Source of the DNA: Octopus bimaculoides
Lineage: Eukaryota
DNA: 64,000 nucleotides
Direction of reading: 5' to 3'
Assembly (NCBI RefSeq): GCF_001194135.2
Contig: NC_068982.1
Coordinates: 183,006,340 to 183,070,339, forward strand
How positions within the stretch are numbered: position 1 is the first letter of the stretch; every line of letters starts with the position of its first letter. Both the position numbers and the translations under genes were made by a program. Under the pieces are notes generated by a model. It made no database searches and had not been told where the DNA came from. It worked only from the letters and a program-made list of their open reading frames with translations. Shown here in pieces: positions 59,599 through 64,000 of this stretch.

Positions 59599-61429
59599 CC
59601 TAGCTATGTTAAACTCGTCTATTAACCCAGAGAATAAGATGAACTAAATTAGTAGAAAAGGAAAGGACAACAGAATCGAGTTTATAGTAACAGTGGGCCG
59701 GTTTCATTCTGTCCTTGGTATACTATAGTATATTAACAGTAGACGAGGTATTAGTGATAAGCAGCAAGAAACAAAAGTAGTCAGTAGGTGGATCTCTAAT
59801 ACGAGGTTGTCACATAAAATTACTTTTGGTTTTAGAGTGACTTGGCTTTGCATTCAGGAGTGTAAAGTGAATCAGAGATGAAGTATTCCATAGCACTTAA
59901 GTCAGTCTTACAACAAGCATTCATTTGATCAGGTCGTCCATTCTTCATAGCTTGGTGAACTGTAGTGTGATTAGATATATTGACTGAGTCAAGAACAAGA
60001 CAAAACACCTGCAGAGGTTTTGCACACATAGCCTATTGGTTATCTATTTCGTCTTCATTCCCACACAGCAGGGTACTTTTCTTTTACTTTTTGTCAAAAG
60101 GGGAAGCAGTACCTCAGTCACGTTTAGAGAGTTTCCGGCGCAATTGGAGAGGAAGTAGAACATTGTCTTCATACTGCAGTCCTGATCCGAATGCTTGGAC
60201 TATCTTAATGGTAGCTAATGTGTCATGTAGTTGTTTTAAATCCGGTGAGGGTTTCAGTCTACCACCTAAGTCGGCCATGGTAAATTTCAAACTCTAAGAG
60301 CCGAAATAAATACCGGAAGATTTTTTTTTTCTTTTTTTCTTTTTGCATTTCCACCAAATATAGATTGGTGCTTTTTATCGACTACGAATAAATGAAAGGT
60401 CACGTTGAACTAATCGAGGATTGAACTCAGAAAGATAAAAGATATTTCTTATTCCATAAAACTTAAATACATTGAACGAATTTGGGGAAATTCTGGTAAC
60501 TTTTTAAAGTCTTGCAAACTAGAATACTTTTAAAGTTTATTAATTCTTGAAATAAATATGTTGTTTGATATCTTTAGTTCCAGGCTGCTATTATATTCGA
60601 ACACAACCCAATACCTGCTCTTTTTATGGTAAGATATAAATATCAAAGTAGAAAGAAGGAGGCATCTCATTATTACTTTTAACTAATTTAATATAGTCAG
60701 ATATCGCAGCGAGTTAGTTATTCTTTTAAATTATAAATTCTACCATAATTTGGTTTCCTGAAATTCGTATGATAGGAAGACTATAGTTTTGTTATTTCTT
60801 TGTTGTATAGCATTTTCACTTTTCTTTTTTTTATTTTAATGGCATAGACAGTCGGGAAAGACCTTTGAGATTGGTGGAAGTAAGGGAGGTTATTCTCAGA
60901 CTGGAAATTTGATTTGAATGTTTGGAACAGTGAGAACTCCATTGAAGACAACCAAAGATCGAGTGATGGTGTCAAACCGGGTGACTAATTATGTCTGCCG
61001 CTCAAAAACAGCTTCGGTCTTTCTCACAAACTTCCACACAGTTTTCGTCAAATTTCGCTCACAACACTGTTATCGATCCGGTAAAAGATGGTAAAAGCCA
61101 AATGCCCAAAGTACCAGGCAGTAGTTAAGAACCCGGAACATATAGTTAAGATGAAAACCTCTTAACAAAACACCCAAGACTGTGTTAGCACGGAAAATGT
61201 CTTCCTTCAAACATTTGTGAATGAGGCAAATATGAATTAATAAACATTTCTAATGAGTAGGTAGAAGGCGGCCAAAAGATTTAAATATAGCTCCAGCACT
61301 TCACTGGCATTTCTTTCAGAGATACAGACAGAAAAACTTCGTGAAGCGACGTGCATAAATAATGCGCAACATTTTTTCTGACAAACCGTGAATTGTACTA
61401 TTCACAACAAAAACAAAAACAACAATCAT

Positions 61430-61642
61430 AATGATAGCCCTTTCTACTATAGGCACATGGCATGAAACTTTGACTGGATAGCGCTAGTCGATTCCATCGA
61501 CCCAGGTGTGCAACTGGTAAGTTATTTTATAGACCTCGAAAAGATGACAGACATAGTCAACCTCAGCAGAATTTGAACTCAGAACGAAAACTGCTGCGCA
61601 TCTTGCCAGGTGTGATAATTATTCTGCCAGCTCACCGCCTTA
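61430..61642 (-). mobile_element. SINE family A, diverged, first of a tandem pair
   Basis: tttctactataggcac tail, core, and ctgccagctcaccgcc head. Confidence 0.8.
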
Positions 61643-61649
61643 CTAATCA

Positions 61650-61857
61650 TTTTTATTATAGGCACAATGCCTGAAATTTTGATGAGGAGGATAGCCGATA
61701 ACATCGAGCCTAGTACTCAGATGGTACTTAATTTATGAACCCCAAAAGGCTGACAGGCGAAGTCGATCTCGGACGAATTTGAACTCAGAACGTAAAGACA
61801 CGAAACGTTGCTAAGCATTTTTCCCGGCGTGCTAACGTTTCTGCCAACTCACCGCCT

Positions 61858-61858
<1 letters not shown>
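61650..61858 (-). mobile_element. SINE family A, second of a tandem pair
   Basis: Same architecture directly adjacent, followed by (GAT)n. Confidence 0.85.
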
Positions 61859-61918
<60 letters not shown>

Positions 61919-62140
61919 ATATNNNNNNNNNNNNNNNNNNNNNNNNNNNNNNNNNNNNNNNNNNNNNNNNNNNNNNNNNNNNNNNNNNNNNNNNNNNNNN
62001 NNNNNNNNNNNNNNNNNNNNNNNNNNNNNNNNNNNNNNNNNNNNNNNNNNNNNNNNNNNNNNNNNNNNNNNNNNNNNNNNNNNNNNNNNNNNNNNNNNNN
62101 NNNNNNNNNNNNNNNNNNNNNNNNNNNNNNNNNNNNNNNN

Positions 62141-62229
<89 letters not shown>

Positions 62230-63714
62230 ATGTTTATATATATACATAGTTCAAGTTTATAGAAAAACAAAAGACGAAGACAAGCGTAGAAACAACAAGG
62301 AAGTGTATTGGTTTGACGCTCGGGAAAATGGAAAAATCTTTTATGTGTGTATACACACACACACACACACACACACATGCTCATTTTTCTATATACTAAT
62401 TTTATCCATCGTAGGCGCACTATTTGGGGGTGTGGTGCGGATCGAAGTGGGGCGAAGAACACAAAGGGTTAGAAAAAACTTTAAAATCATTTCTATACCC
62501 AACAATACTTTCTTTCAAAATAAGACTATTAAAAAAAATTATAGAAAAAAGAATAAAATGAACAAAATTCATTTACGAAGAAGTACAATGAAAGCTCGAG
62601 GAAACTAATGGTCAATCGGTGAAAAACACTTCATAAAACAATTAATTATCATACATTGAGAATATTCCCGAAATCCCTCTCAGTATACGATTTATGAAAA
62701 GGCTTTCGATAAATATTTTATCAAGGGAAGTAACTTTGTCAATACATGAAGTTATTTCCCATTTTTGTTTGAAATATTTATTTTCTACAACGATTGATTT
62801 TATTTTAAAAGGGCGGGGGTGGGGAGAGGTTTCTCAACATTGCAATTAAAATTCAAAATATATTTGCAAATTAAATTTATAAAAAAAAATATGTTGAACT
62901 TAATTCGTTGAAAAAATCTATGCACTTTTAAATGAATATTTTGTTATAATATCAATTTATGGAAATATCTGTTTTTTATCAACTGAAAATCTCAAAACGA
63001 GAAATGTTTTTCAAATAAAAACTTGAATTTTAAATATCCACACAAATATTGTAGCTTCACTTGAATTTAGAAAGTATAAGCAAATAACTCATGGCTCAAT
63101 TTGATATAATTAGTTTCTTTTTTACAAGATCAGGTGGCGTAACGTTCTTGGTTCAACGATGTGCTTGCAGGAAATCTACAACGATGTGGTGTCAAGTTTT
63201 AATCAAATTTTAATTAAAGTTTTAATTTCAATTTCAATTTCAAGAACTCTCTTTTCTATATAAATTATTCGGTTTGAAAACCAGGAATTACAAGCCGTAG
63301 ACAAAAAAAAGGTAAAAATTAAAAGAAAAATAAATTAAACCGAGGTAATAAAATCTTGAAAGATGCAACATAATCTATGAGAAATAAACTCCAAGTAATT
63401 ACAAGATTTCATAAGAATGGGTCTCGTCGAATCACAGTGAAATATAAACGATTCTCACAGGATAAAGCAAAACTGAGTGGAAAGCTTTACTCATGGAGAA
63501 ATTATCATCATACCGGGACATCAGACTCATGACAACTTGCAAGGGTTTCAGAAATGGATTAGTACAGAGAATGTCCGAGATTAGTACAGATAAAAGTGTC
63601 CAGATAATGTATCTAGTAAGCATAGTCAACCATGAAATTCAACTGTTAGACGGAGAATCAAAACTAGGAAAAGTGGTTAGTATGGGACCTGGAGGGAAGC
63701 ACTCTACTGAAAGG

Positions 63715-64000
63715 TGGCGGCGACAGCGGAGAAGGGGGAACAGGAGCAGGAGCAGGAGAGAGGATGAGACAAAAGAAGGGGAGCAGGAAGCGGAGAAGGA
63801 TGAAGAGGGGGTGAGAAAGGGAAGAGAAAAGAAAGAGGAGGAAAGGAAAGGAAAAGGACGAAAGGAAAGAGGGAGAGAAAAGGAAGAGGGGCAGGAGGAG
63901 GAGGAGCAGCAGGAGCAGGAGCAGGGGCAGGGGCAGGGGCAGGAGGAGCAGGGACAGGAGGAGCAGGGGCAGGAGGAGCAGGGACAGGAGGAGCAGGGGC
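63715..64000. repeat. Purine-rich tract ending in a 15-bp tandem (caggaggagcagggr)n, cut by the window end
   Basis: Nearly T-free + strand. The units repeat from about 63940 to the end. Confidence 0.85.

Noticed and set aside
59830-60290. Possible decayed LINE RT downstream of the Rab gene
   Set aside because: The resemblance (KPLQVFCLVLDSVN) is marginal and requires several frameshifts.

Overview
AT-rich, microsatellite-dense animal genomic DNA from a draft assembly with about 17 N-gaps, mostly next to simple repeats. The SINE repertoire suggests an octopus or other coleoid cephalopod; this is inferred from recalled repeat families, not from a search. One protein-coding gene is firmly supported: a five-coding-exon, 237-aa divergent Rab GTPase on the + strand (49064-59445). 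All four introns are GT-AG and all phases join. It is most similar to Rab27 and carries Met instead of the catalytic Gln (WDTAGM). The rest is mainly transposable-element debris: at least five tRNA-headed SINE families, Tc1/mariner fragments, several MITEs (one hAT-type with an 8-bp TSD), Penelope-like GIY-YIG remnants, R4/Dong-like 3' ends in (AAT)n tracts, RTE and probable L1/Tx1 3' ends, and a probable solo LTR. Almost all ORFs in the supplied track are artefacts of simple repeats or N-runs. I found no clear multi-gene novel system. The best leads are the atypical Rab, a SINE with a Penelope-like tail, a pre-miRNA-like hairpin, a candidate signal-peptide exon and several readable rearrangements.
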